From assembly GCA_947627635.1 (NCBI GenBank), contig CANQWT010000001.1:18325-82324 (forward strand): a stretch of DNA of 64,000 bases, read 5' to 3'. The notes under the pieces were generated by a model. The model did no database searches. It had not been told where the DNA came from and saw only the letters and a list, made by a program, of their open reading frames with translations. Both the position numbers and the translations under genes were made by a program. Below, piece by piece: positions 27,185 through 37,086 of this stretch; within the stretch, counting starts at the first letter, position 1; each line of letters begins with the position of its first letter. The stretch is from an uncultured Bacilli bacterium (GTDB lineage: Bacteria; Bacillota_I; Bacilli_A; RF39; UBA660).

Positions 27185-27751
27185 ATGAGTAATAAACAAA
27201 AAGAGAATTTAAAAACTGCGATTATAGTAGTTTTAGTAATGGTCATTGTTTTTGGAGCTAGCTTTTTTGTTTCTGAATTGAGTGGAAAGGCAAGCACTTA
27301 TAGTAAGACTAGTTCATCTTCTAATGAAGCAGGAGAAGATACATCCTATGATGATATCGACTATGATGAGGGAGCAAGCATTCCTGAAAGTGAACAAAAG
27401 GACTTAACTGAAATCAGTGTCAGCAAATTTATTAAGTTAAAGAAAGCTAGTGAAAAATCTCTTGTCATTATTACAAGAGATGGTTGTTCATGGTGTGAAC
27501 GTTATTTACCAATTATGAAAAATATAGCTTATCTATATAAGAACTTAACAATTTACAATATCAATTTAGCAGAACTTAGTGATGATGAATCAACAGATTT
27601 AATGACTTCAGATGATTTCTTCACAGAAGAAGATTGGGGAACTCCACTAACCCTTGTTGTTCAAAATAATAAAATTGTAGATACCATCAATGGCTTTACT
27701 TCTAAAGACCTTACAATTGAATTCTTAAAAGACCAAGGACTTATTCAGTAA
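27185..27751 (+). CDS. Membrane-anchored thioredoxin-fold protein (CxxC)
   Basis: GGGAGG RBS. N-terminal TM segment and CSWC active-site-like motif in ITRDGCSWCERYLP. Confidence 0.5.
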   Translation: MSNKQKENLKTAIIVVLVMVIVFGASFFVSELSGKASTYSKTSSSSNEAGEDTSYDDIDYDEGASIPESEQKDLTEISVSKFIKLKKASEKSLVIITRDGCSWCERYLPIMKNIAYLYKNLTIYNINLAELSDDESTDLMTSDDFFTEEDWGTPLTLVVQNNKIVDTINGFTSKDLTIEFLKDQGLIQ

Positions 27752-27754
27752 CTT

Positions 27755-28192
27755 ATGAATACGTATGATTATGTTCAAAAGTTCATGAGAAAGTATCCCA
27801 TGACAATTGGGTGGAGGCTTAAAAAAAATTCTGCGATTATTGATAGGCACTTAAATCCAGGAGAAGAAATACGCTATGCTTTTGTTGCTCAAAAGAATGA
27901 CCGGTTTTATACCATCATCAATACAGCAATAGTTGCTCTTACAAACAAGCGCCTACTTATTGGTAGAGACCGTGTTGTTGTCGGATATTTCTTGGATTCT
28001 GTTACCCCTGATTTATTCAATGATTTAAAAGTAAGAAGTGGCTTTATTTGGGGAAAAGTAGAAATTGATACCGTTAAAGAATTTATTACCTTAACCAACA
28101 TTGATAAACATGCATTATCAGAAGTTGAGACAGCAATTTCTTCATTTATGGTAGAAATGAAACAAAAAAGAAAAGAGGAAACATCCAACTAG
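27755..28192 (+). CDS. Bacterial PH (bPH/DUF304-like) domain protein
   Basis: ALTNKRLLIGRD...GKVEIDT pattern typical of bacterial PH domains. Confidence 0.4.
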   Translation: MNTYDYVQKFMRKYPMTIGWRLKKNSAIIDRHLNPGEEIRYAFVAQKNDRFYTIINTAIVALTNKRLLIGRDRVVVGYFLDSVTPDLFNDLKVRSGFIWGKVEIDTVKEFITLTNIDKHALSEVETAISSFMVEMKQKRKEETSN

Positions 28193-28247
28193 GATGCTTC
28201 TTTTCATATAAAATAAAATTTGATAAAATAAAAGAGGAAGTGATAAG

Positions 28248-29510
28248 ATGAAGAAAATTTTAAAATGGCTTTTATTCATATTTGTCCTTTTTTGCTTGTA
28301 TCAAGTACTAATCTTCTTCTTTATTAAAGAACATGATGCTACCTATATTATAGGAAAAGGAAAAGAGAAGTATACCATTCAAGAAAATTTTAAAATCATT
28401 GATAAAAAACATATTTATACTTTTGAAATTATCGATAGTAAGAAAAGAAAATATCACCTTCAGTTGGAACAAAATTTACATAAAAGAAATAAAATTATTG
28501 AAAAAATAGAAACCTTTAGTGATAGTAAAAAGAACCTTACTTGTATTTATCCTATCTTTTTAAATGATGCTCAAAGTGATATTATCTGTGTCCAAAATAA
28601 ACAAGAATTAAGTAGTACATATCTTTTACAAAAAGAAGATGAAACAATTCAAAATTTTATTGAACAACTTAAAAAGAAAGGATACCAAAATGCAATTTGG
28701 GAGGAAGATTACCTAGCATCTAAAACCAAAGACCTCACTTATTATAAGGATGCTTTTCTAGAAAAAGAAGTACTCTACCTTTGGAATTATAAGGGAATTA
28801 CACGAATAAGTAAGAATGGTACTTCTAAAGAGATACTATTTGATGTTGATAAGTATGAAAATAATCAAAGCATTTTAGCGGGCACTATGGAAGATACTTT
28901 AGTTGTAATTGATACCGACCAAAAATATGATTTTGACAAGCTTTACTTAGTTTCTTTAAAAGAAGAGAAACAAGAGGAAATCAAGCTGAAAAATAAAATT
29001 CCTCAAGACAGTTATTTTTGTGGTAGTGTAGGAAATAAAGTTTACTTAATTGACCGAAAAAATATAAGACAATATGAAATTGATATTCAAAAGAAAACAG
29101 TAAAATTAGTGGGAAATAAAGAAAGTAATGCTAAGTATTATAACGGTAAGAAATTCTCAACTAGAAATATTTATGATTTTATTAAAGAAGATATAGTGTT
29201 TGAAGAAAAAATTCCTTCAAAAATTAGTAAAGCGTATAAAAATGCTATAATTTTAAAGGGAACGGAACGTTACTATTTAATTGAGAAAAATCAAGTTTCT
29301 TATATTCCTTCTCTTTATCCAAATCAACCAGTAAAGTTATTTGAAATGAATGACTTAAAAGAAGTCAAAACAAAAGAAAATGCTCTATTCTTTATTTATA
29401 AAGATACAGTGTATCAATATGATACAAATCAAGGACTTCGAAAATTATTCACATCAAGAGAATTATTATTTAATCAAAAAAATATGTATGGAGTAAGTTT
29501 TACAAAATAA
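28248..29510 (+). CDS. Hypothetical membrane-anchored protein, 420 aa
   Basis: N-terminal TM segment and a long extracytoplasmic region with no recognised motif. Confidence 0.45.
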   Translation: MKKILKWLLFIFVLFCLYQVLIFFFIKEHDATYIIGKGKEKYTIQENFKIIDKKHIYTFEIIDSKKRKYHLQLEQNLHKRNKIIEKIETFSDSKKNLTCIYPIFLNDAQSDIICVQNKQELSSTYLLQKEDETIQNFIEQLKKKGYQNAIWEEDYLASKTKDLTYYKDAFLEKEVLYLWNYKGITRISKNGTSKEILFDVDKYENNQSILAGTMEDTLVVIDTDQKYDFDKLYLVSLKEEKQEEIKLKNKIPQDSYFCGSVGNKVYLIDRKNIRQYEIDIQKKTVKLVGNKESNAKYYNGKKFSTRNIYDFIKEDIVFEEKIPSKISKAYKNAIILKGTERYYLIEKNQVSYIPSLYPNQPVKLFEMNDLKEVKTKENALFFIYKDTVYQYDTNQGLRKLFTSRELLFNQKNMYGVSFTK

Positions 29511-29645
29511 AAATGCAATTTGTAATAAGAATAAAAGTAAAATGAAAGAAAACAAGATATACTAAATAGAGAAGATTTGAAGTTTTATCTTCATCAGAAG
29601 GATAAAGACAGAAAGAATATCGATGATAGAAAGAGAGTTGTTTTT

Positions 29646-30842
29646 ATGAAATTTGAAAGATTAGAAGAAGAAGAGTTTCGAACATTTTTAGACCAACACC
29701 CTCTAAAAACATTCTTACAAACTCCTGAAATGGCAAGAGTAAGAGAAAAAATGGGGTTTGAAACATATTATGTTGGGGTAAAAGAAAATGATAAAATTAT
29801 TGCTGCAACCATGATGGGGAGAAAAAAAGCTCATTTTGGTCTCTATCTGTTTTATGCTCCAAGAGGTCTTTTAGTAGACTATGAAAATGAAGAAGTGTTA
29901 GATTTTTTCACCAAAGAGTTAAAGAAGTTTATCAAGAAGCACAAAGGTTATTTCTTACGAATTGACCCTTACTATATTACAGAAGAAAAAGATATCAATG
30001 GGAAAAAAGTAGAAGGGGGAATTACTCATAAAAAAGGAATAATGAACTTGAAAAAGGTAGGATTTCATCATTCTAAGGAAGTTTATCAACAGTTTCATTT
30101 AATGTTTTCGCTTCTTCTTGATAAAACAGAAGAAGAACTTTATGATAACTTTCATCACCTTACCAAAAGAATGATTAAAAAAGCTCAAGAAAATGAAGCT
30201 ATTGAAATTAGAGAAGTCGAAGATGATGAAATCATCGAAGTAGAAAAACTTATTGAAGAAACTGGCAAAAGAAAGAACTTTAGTTCTAGAAAAAGTGATT
30301 ACTATAAAGATTTGTATCAAGCCTTTCATCCAAGAGGAGAAATCAAGTTCATGGTCGCAGAGCTTAATCTTGTAAAATATCAAAATCAAAAGAAAGAAAT
30401 GATTACCAAGCTAGAGCAAGAACTAACTCAAATTAAGAAAGAAGAGAAAAGAAAGAAATATCAAGAAAAACTAGAAAAAGAAAAACAACTCTTAGAAGAA
30501 AGTAAAATGATGAAGACAAACTCTAAAAAGAAAGTACCATTATCAGGAGGAGTTTTCATTCTCTATCAAGATGAACTCATATACCTTTTTGGAGGAAATC
30601 AAAAAGAATATATGCATTTAGCATCTTCCTATCTCTTACAGTGGACAATGATAAAGTATGCAATAGCCCATCACTTTAAGAAATATAATTTTTATGGAAT
30701 TTCTAAACCTTCTAGAGAAGATGGTGTTTATAATTTTAAACGAGGCTTTTCTGGTTTTGTAGAGGAGTTAGTAGGAGATTATGAACTACCTACACATCCA
30801 TATTATTATTTAGATAAAATCATTCATTTTATAAGAAAGTAG
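29646..30842 (+). CDS. FemAB-family peptidoglycan interpeptide-bridge aminoacyltransferase
   Basis: FemAB-like N-terminal domain (FLQTPEMARVREKMGFETYYVGV...YAPRG). Central coiled-coil insert. C-terminal LYQDELIYLFGGN...KRGFSG. Confidence 0.65.
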   Translation: MKFERLEEEEFRTFLDQHPLKTFLQTPEMARVREKMGFETYYVGVKENDKIIAATMMGRKKAHFGLYLFYAPRGLLVDYENEEVLDFFTKELKKFIKKHKGYFLRIDPYYITEEKDINGKKVEGGITHKKGIMNLKKVGFHHSKEVYQQFHLMFSLLLDKTEEELYDNFHHLTKRMIKKAQENEAIEIREVEDDEIIEVEKLIEETGKRKNFSSRKSDYYKDLYQAFHPRGEIKFMVAELNLVKYQNQKKEMITKLEQELTQIKKEEKRKKYQEKLEKEKQLLEESKMMKTNSKKKVPLSGGVFILYQDELIYLFGGNQKEYMHLASSYLLQWTMIKYAIAHHFKKYNFYGISKPSREDGVYNFKRGFSGFVEELVGDYELPTHPYYYLDKIIHFIRK

Positions 30843-30849
30843 GAAATTT

Positions 30850-31284
30850 ATGAAAAAACCACCCATTGCAAAAGTTTATGAAGCTTTAACTGCAATTGTA
30901 TCAAATCGCGTAGAAATGATGGATGATAAAGCAATTGTCCATTCTTCTACCTTAGAGAAAAGTTATCAAGTGTGTTGGGATGAAAACAAGTATTCTTCAA
31001 CAGATAATGCAAGTGTTTGGCAAGGTTATCCAGGGTATCCCATTATCGCAGTTTTGTTTTTACAAGGACGTCTTCCTTACCACCAAGAACTAGCGATTTA
31101 TCTCAAAGATATTCCATGGAATGATGTCAATAAGAAGTATAAAAGAGACTATGATAAAGCCATTCAAGAAGTCTTACTTCCTATAGATAAAACTGTAAGA
31201 AAAGAATTAGAAGAATATGTATCGACCACTTACCAACAGCTTCTGTCTCTTGATTTAGAAATTGTAAGAACCATAAAAAAATAA
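30850..31284 (+). CDS. Hypothetical protein, 144 aa
   Basis: ORF only. Confidence 0.45.
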   Translation: MKKPPIAKVYEALTAIVSNRVEMMDDKAIVHSSTLEKSYQVCWDENKYSSTDNASVWQGYPGYPIIAVLFLQGRLPYHQELAIYLKDIPWNDVNKKYKRDYDKAIQEVLLPIDKTVRKELEEYVSTTYQQLLSLDLEIVRTIKK

Positions 31285-31325
31285 GCTTCTTCCATCTTGT
31301 AGAAGAGCTTATTCTTATTTTTAAG
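31275..31325. terminator. Bidirectional intrinsic terminator
   Basis: Stem AAGCTTCTTC...GAAGAGCTT with U-rich tails on both strands, between convergent genes. Confidence 0.4.
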
Positions 31326-31326
31326 A

Positions 31327-32340
31327 CTACTTTTCGTTTTCTGATACACTATAAGTATAGACAAATGACTTAGTAGAAACATAAAAGAAATGCTTATTTT
31401 GGGTAGTATCTTTATAATAAATAATGTTTAAATGATTTTGATATGCAACATCGATTAAATCCATAAAACCATCAAGATAAAGAAGTTCTAAATCTTTAAA
31501 ATCAGGCCTATTTTTGACAGATACAATTAAGTCTTTATAATCTTTAAGAAATTTATTGAGCTGTTTTTTAGCTTTATTTTTCTTGATATTATTCTGATAG
31601 AGAAGTAGGATGATAGAGATAAAAAGTACAAATACACTAGAGGTGATAAGAGATAGAATAGTACTGTTTGTTTTATTCTTTTGAATGACTACTTTCTTAA
31701 GTACTTTCGGTGAACTTGTTTTAGAAACTTCCATTATTTCATCAGTAAGTGGAATTAAAATCTCTTGCTTTTCTTTGAGTTTTAAAGGCTTTCTTCCAGG
31801 TATTGTAATTTGATAGGTCACAGTAAAACTAGATTTGATAAAGGCATCTACTTTTATGGAATAAGTATCTTCATACTGTTTTACTAGTTGTTGATAAGTA
31901 CTGTAATCAATTTCTTGTGTCGTATTTCGTTGCCATTTCTTTTTGTTTTCTATTGAAGCATTCTCTTTCTTATTTAAAATGGTCTTCTTCCATATTTCTT
32001 TAGAAACTCCATCTTTGTTTGTATGAGTAGCAACTAATTCTTGTTGTTCCTTTTGAACAAAAGAGATAGATACTTCTTTGTTACTTTCTCCTTTGACTTG
32101 AAAATCAATATTTAAAGATGAGACTGCATTTTTGGGATAAATTTCTTTACTTTGTTGTTCTTGATAGAAGAAGTTCGGTTTTAGTAGAACTCTATAGTGA
32201 CTGTTTTTATAAGATTTAATTTGATAGACTTGTGTATTATTTTGAGCGAATATAACATTGATGATGATAAGAAGACTTCCTAAAAGAAAGAGTACACCTA
32301 ATAAAATCATTTCAGAAAAATATCTTTTTTTCATGTTCAT
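31327..32340 (-). CDS. Hypothetical bitopic membrane protein, last gene of the tasA-like/sipW-like operon
   Basis: N-terminal TM, ~200-aa exposed domain, second TM near residue 225, then a charged tail. Confidence 0.45.
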   Translation of the reverse strand: MNMKKRYFSEMILLGVLFLLGSLLIIINVIFAQNNTQVYQIKSYKNSHYRVLLKPNFFYQEQQSKEIYPKNAVSSLNIDFQVKGESNKEVSISFVQKEQQELVATHTNKDGVSKEIWKKTILNKKENASIENKKKWQRNTTQEIDYSTYQQLVKQYEDTYSIKVDAFIKSSFTVTYQITIPGRKPLKLKEKQEILIPLTDEIMEVSKTSSPKVLKKVVIQKNKTNSTILSLITSSVFVLFISIILLLYQNNIKKNKAKKQLNKFLKDYKDLIVSVKNRPDFKDLELLYLDGFMDLIDVAYQNHLNIIYYKDTTQNKHFFYVSTKSFVYTYSVSENEK

Positions 32341-32365
32341 AATTCACCTACTTCAATTTTTCTTT

Positions 32366-33499
32366 TTATTCCTCTTTTAAAACGTCATGTAACCAAATAG
32401 AGGGGAAGCCAAGATATTTTAAAGAAAAACAATAAACTCCTTTAATTTGTTGTACTTTGACAAAGTTGTTATCAGGCATATTGTTATTGTCTCCTTTTGT
32501 TTGATAGAAGATATCATTTCCTTGTTTTACTACTTTAAAAATTCTATGAGCAACAAGTTGATGGGATGTTTCAAAGACGATAATCTCTTGTTCTTTTAAC
32601 TGCCTTTTTTCTATAGAAGATAACTTTTTTAAGACAATAACATCTCCTCTTTGGTATGTGGGATACATACTGTTTGATAAAATCGCAAGGGGCTCATAAC
32701 GAAAGATGCCTAACATGAAACTTGTGAAAATCGTCGCAAAAATTAGGACAAATGCATATAGTAACAATATAAAAGAATTTTTCTTTGGAAGATGGGAGAA
32801 GGGAAATTCTTTTATAGAATGATATTTAAAAATCATAGATAACAACAAGTATTTTATTAAATGAATAGAACCAGTTATATACCAGTTTGTAAAGGGAAGA
32901 ACTGGAAAGAGGAGAAGTGGTACTTCTTCTAAAAGCCGAAAGAGAATGGAAATACAAGAAGAGGTTTTATAGTCTAGGTAACTTGAATAGATATGGTTCA
33001 TTAGAAAGGGAAGCATTGTTCCTAAAAGAAATTGAAAGAACATTTCTTTGTTAGAAAATGAATATGTAAAGAAAGGATAGGGAATGGTTATTATGATAAG
33101 AAAGAGTGTGGAAAGAAAGAGTGCAGGTTTGTTTCTTTGATTTTTGATAATGAGAATACTTCTTAGATATTCAGTACTAAAAATAAGAAGTCCACTTGAT
33201 AATAGATTTTGGATGATACCTAGAATATTTTGGTTATAAGGATTTGTTTGAAATCCTACAAAAAAACCTAGACTAAAGTAACTGAGATGAAAAAGCAGTA
33301 CTAAAAAAATGATGGCAATGAAATCTTTCTTATTTCTAGTAAATCGAATGATATGAACATTTTTGTAATAGAATGCGACAAGAAGGAATACAATTCCTAT
33401 CAATAATTCTATTTTTTGATAAAGAGAAGTGCTACTTGAAAGAAGAAGTATTCCAGTTGATAGAAGGAATAAGAGCAATATAACTGTTTGTTTTTTCAT
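32366..33499 (-). CDS. Fusion protein: ~270-aa polytopic membrane domain plus C-terminal SipW-like type I signal peptidase (S26)
   Basis: C-terminus LSNSMYPTYQRGDVIVLKK...HRIFKV...TKGDNN carries the S26 catalytic Ser and GDNN box. The N-terminal 270 aa are about 8 hydrophobic helices with no match to anything I recognise. Confidence 0.6.
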   Translation of the reverse strand: MKKQTVILLLFLLSTGILLLSSSTSLYQKIELLIGIVFLLVAFYYKNVHIIRFTRNKKDFIAIIFLVLLFHLSYFSLGFFVGFQTNPYNQNILGIIQNLLSSGLLIFSTEYLRSILIIKNQRNKPALFLSTLFLIIITIPYPFFTYSFSNKEMFFQFLLGTMLPFLMNHIYSSYLDYKTSSCISILFRLLEEVPLLLFPVLPFTNWYITGSIHLIKYLLLSMIFKYHSIKEFPFSHLPKKNSFILLLYAFVLIFATIFTSFMLGIFRYEPLAILSNSMYPTYQRGDVIVLKKLSSIEKRQLKEQEIIVFETSHQLVAHRIFKVVKQGNDIFYQTKGDNNNMPDNNFVKVQQIKGVYCFSLKYLGFPSIWLHDVLKEE

Positions 33500-33501
33500 A
33501 A

Positions 33502-34026
33502 TTATTCTTGAACATATTCAATAATGCCAGTAATGGTTTTACTCTTAGTTGTTGGTGGGATTTTGGAATTTTCATCATAAGTTACAATGACATCAAAAGA
33601 AGTTTTCTCTCCAGCTTTGAGTTTGTTTGCAAAGGAAGTTGTCTGATAAAGAATGGCACTAGAACCTGTTTTTTCATCAGTTTGGAAGACGACATTTTCA
33701 AGTTTTGCATTGATAGAACCTAAGTTTTGAATGGTGACGCGATAGATAATTTCATCTTTTGGTTTTACTAATTGAGCATTGAAAGTTGCACTTGTGTTTG
33801 TGAAACTAGGTGTTCCAGGATTTGTTCCTTCACTTGCTTGGACGACTTCGATATTGGTAATTCTAACATCCCAAGCACCTATAATTTCAGCACTTCCACT
33901 CAAACGAAGTTGGGTAGCAAAAGAGGCATATCCAACAGCCATAATGAGTAAGAGAAACAGAAAAATACTCAAACTCAAAAGGATTTTCTTTTTATTTTGA
34001 CGCATATTTTTAACTCCTTTCATCAT
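33502..34026 (-). CDS. Secreted TasA/CalY-like (SipW-cognate signal peptide) protein candidate
   Basis: Long signal peptide ending AVGYASFATQLRLSGSAEI, similar to the TasA-type leader (GGTWAAFNDI...ASGT). Directly upstream of and co-directional with the sipW-like gene. Confidence 0.4.
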   Translation of the reverse strand: MMKGVKNMRQNKKKILLSLSIFLFLLLIMAVGYASFATQLRLSGSAEIIGAWDVRITNIEVVQASEGTNPGTPSFTNTSATFNAQLVKPKDEIIYRVTIQNLGSINAKLENVVFQTDEKTGSSAILYQTTSFANKLKAGEKTSFDVIVTYDENSKIPPTTKSKTITGIIEYVQE

Positions 34027-34163
34027 TTTGTCCTTCTTTTTTGATGAATGGCTTTGATTATGAGTCCTAATGTATTATATGCCAAAAAAACTTTATGTTT
34101 AGGCGAGAAAGACAAAGTAAGGAAAAGAAAAAGACTTCGTTTGTAGAAGTCTTCTATTTCAAT

Positions 34164-35213
34164 TTAACCTAAATCAATTCCTGATAAAAATCTCCGTTCC
34201 AAATGGAGTTGTTTTTCTTTTTCCATAGTTTCTTTTGAAATGTTTGGATAAGTTTGCATGACTTGATTTTCATAAGCAGCATTAAAGGTCTGTAATTGTG
34301 ACAGGATACCTTGCATTTGATTTAATATTTCCACTATTTCTTGTTGACTTTTAACATCCTCTATTTTTTGTGTTACTTTTTGAAAGTATTCAAAACTGTG
34401 GGCTAAATCATTACTAGCAACAGCCAAGTTGACAGAGTTTTTTATGGCTTGGTATTCAGCACCTTTTTGAGTTGCAAGATGATGAATGAGACCAATTGTG
34501 GTATCTGTTGTAATGCCATCGGGAAGTCTATCTATATCAAATACTAAAGTATTTAAGTATATTTTTCGACTAGTATCATTGATATTTTTATAAGTACCAT
34601 AACCATTTGTCCCAATTCTAAGACCATAACAAGACCCAGTTGTCTTATATCTTATTGGGTCTTCTAAGTAAGCAGGAAGCACTTCCATATTTTCTAAAAA
34701 GATAAATTCATTATCAAAAGAATCCACTTGATATTCTTCATTTTTAAAATCAATATCTTCTGAATAGTAAATGGTATCAAATCCTAAATCACTAACTTTT
34801 GAAGCAACTTTTTTAATTGTATCGATATCTTTAGGATGGTTTTTTAGGTATTCATAAAAATAATCTTCAGATAGTCCTTTTATTCTTTTTCCTTTGGCTG
34901 TATAACAAAAAAGTGTAAAGTCACTTAAATAGGAACGTTCTTTTAAAATATCAATGGTTTTTTTGTGTTTGTCAAGGAATGGTTTGTATTTATTGTTAGA
35001 TGCTTTTCCTTGCATTACTCTATATAGTTTTTCGATTAAGTTTTTATCATTTTTAGAATGAACTAAGTTTCCTAAATCTTCATAAAAAGACTGATAATCT
35101 TCTTTGATTTCACAGAGTACGACTAAGTGATTTACTTTGATAGCATGACTATTTTCTTCCCAATTTTCAGTTATATTTAAACGCATAACGAACCCTCCAT
35201 ACCTCAATATCAT
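34164..35213 (-). CDS. Hypothetical protein, ~340 aa
   Basis: ORF with no motif recognised. Very AT-rich. The start may be the internal Met (MRLNITENW). Confidence 0.45.
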   Translation of the reverse strand: MILRYGGFVMRLNITENWEENSHAIKVNHLVVLCEIKEDYQSFYEDLGNLVHSKNDKNLIEKLYRVMQGKASNNKYKPFLDKHKKTIDILKERSYLSDFTLFCYTAKGKRIKGLSEDYFYEYLKNHPKDIDTIKKVASKVSDLGFDTIYYSEDIDFKNEEYQVDSFDNEFIFLENMEVLPAYLEDPIRYKTTGSCYGLRIGTNGYGTYKNINDTSRKIYLNTLVFDIDRLPDGITTDTTIGLIHHLATQKGAEYQAIKNSVNLAVASNDLAHSFEYFQKVTQKIEDVKSQQEIVEILNQMQGILSQLQTFNAAYENQVMQTYPNISKETMEKEKQLHLERRFLSGIDLG

Positions 35214-35335
35214 TGTATCATTTCATCTTGATGCTTGACAACTATAAATAAAGTTTCAAAGGAAATATTCTTTTCTACAATAAAAAAGTGATAACTTGAA
35301 AGCTTTAGTTGTATCACTTTTTCATTGGTTTTAAT

Positions 35336-35776
35336 TTAGTCTTTTCTTTCTTTAAAGGAATGTAGGATTTCTCCACTTGTTGCATCAATATAGTATTCAT
35401 ATTCATATCTTTGATAATCAAAGTCAATTTCATAAACAGTCTTACCATATTTGTAGTCGAATTCTACACTGATATCATAAATATCATTTTGATTTAACTT
35501 AGCACTTTCTAAAGCAATGGAAAGCGCTTTTTCTTTAGAAATGTATGTTGTGTCAGTTTGAATTTCATGATTATCTTCATCATCATCTATATCATGAGTG
35601 ATTTGACCTTGATTTGCTGAGTTATTGGTTGATGATTTTCCTTCTTTTCCATTGATTGCAAAGATTAAAAGAACAACCAATAAAATAGTTATCATTCCTA
35701 GTAACATAGGAACAATCCAGTTAATAACGTCATTTTCTTTTTTTGTTTTTACTTCTTTTTCCTTCATATTTCCCAT
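35336..35776 (-). CDS. PepSY domain membrane protein
   Basis: TM segment plus PepSY-like ISKEKALSIALE...TVYEIDF...YEYYIDATSGEIL. Confidence 0.6.
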   Translation of the reverse strand: MGNMKEKEVKTKKENDVINWIVPMLLGMITILLVVLLIFAINGKEGKSSTNNSANQGQITHDIDDDEDNHEIQTDTTYISKEKALSIALESAKLNQNDIYDISVEFDYKYGKTVYEIDFDYQRYEYEYYIDATSGEILHSFKERKD

Positions 35777-35929
35777 CCTTTCTTAAACTAAGTGTATCAC
35801 AAATTAAGAGAAATGTTACCGATTATTTCATCTTTTTTAAAGTTCTTTATGAAAAGGTGTTATAATTAAATAAGAAGAAAAAATATATCATTTATCTCTT
35901 ACAAAAATATGATATGAGGATGTGATAGA

Positions 35930-36226
35930 ATGGATTTACTTTCCATCATGCCAGGGTTAATCATGATTACGCCTTTTATGGTTTGTGGTATGACAATGGT
36001 CTTACATGTTCTTTTTTTCCTTTTTAAAAAGCCAGCGCAAATTTTGATTTGTAAGTGCATTTATTATATTATGTTTTTGATATATTGGGCTTTTTTTATT
36101 CTGTTTTGGATTATTGATATTATTATGAAGAAAGAATATCTTCTTTTGGTCTTTGCTATTCCATTCATTGCTTCAGAAATTTATATAGCCAAGAAGCTCT
36201 ATCCGTTTAAAAGAAAAGAAGATTAA
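35930..36226 (+). CDS. Small polytopic membrane protein
   Basis: Three hydrophobic helices. Confidence 0.4.
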   Translation: MDLLSIMPGLIMITPFMVCGMTMVLHVLFFLFKKPAQILICKCIYYIMFLIYWAFFILFWIIDIIMKKEYLLLVFAIPFIASEIYIAKKLYPFKRKED

Positions 36227-36255
36227 AAATCAAAGTATAGAGGAAGGATGATATT

Positions 36256-37032
36256 ATGAACTCTAACAAAATTATAGAAACGATTAAATTTCTTATTGTG
36301 ACAATTGTTTTATTGCTTGTTCTTTTCTTTTTAATCACCATCAATTTGGATGCGAAAGGAATAGCAAAAATTATGTTTCTACCTTTTATTGTTGCTTTAT
36401 TTATTGATTTATTATATCAAATTTTTCGCTATTTCAATAAACCAGTTCAAGCAAAAATCTGTTATTTTATTGGGATAGCTACAGTTTTTACTTATTTTTT
36501 TGGAATACTTTTAGTTGGAACTATCCAGGCAATTGCTGCCAAAGAATATAGTAGCCTTTTTTATATTCTTCCATTTTGGGTCATCGTGATTTTTGCTCTT
36601 ATCATAAAAATTCGTCCTCCACAACTAAGTGATAAAGCAAAGGAAATCATAGAAACGATTATCTTTATTTCAATAATTGCTCTTAGTGCTATCGCAGGTC
36701 TTACTTGTATTTTACTAGGGATTTTTTCAAAACAGATAGAAGGGTCAAGAGCATTTCCTATTCTATTCGGTGTTGTCTTTCTTTTCGCATCTTTGTGGAT
36801 GCTTGCTTATCAACTAAAGTTGAATGAGAAAATCTCCTTTAAGAATATAAATATTGAGTTTGTTTTAGTGAGTGGCTGTTTTGTAGTAGTTGGAACAGTC
36901 ATTCTTGGAAGTCAAATCATCTCTGCAACTTCGATTATGGATTTCTTTAAAAACTTTAATGCAACCTCAATTATTTCACTGTTGTTTATTGTTGTTGGAG
37001 TGCTTGCTATGGTTCAAAATTTTCATAAATAA
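36256..37032 (+). CDS. Polytopic membrane protein, unknown function
   Basis: About 7 hydrophobic helices. Confidence 0.45.
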   Translation: MNSNKIIETIKFLIVTIVLLLVLFFLITINLDAKGIAKIMFLPFIVALFIDLLYQIFRYFNKPVQAKICYFIGIATVFTYFFGILLVGTIQAIAAKEYSSLFYILPFWVIVIFALIIKIRPPQLSDKAKEIIETIIFISIIALSAIAGLTCILLGIFSKQIEGSRAFPILFGVVFLFASLWMLAYQLKLNEKISFKNINIEFVLVSGCFVVVGTVILGSQIISATSIMDFFKNFNATSIISLLFIVVGVLAMVQNFHK

Positions 37033-37086
37033 AGATAGTAAAATCCAAAAAAATTAGATATAATAAAAAATGAAAGGAATGATAAA

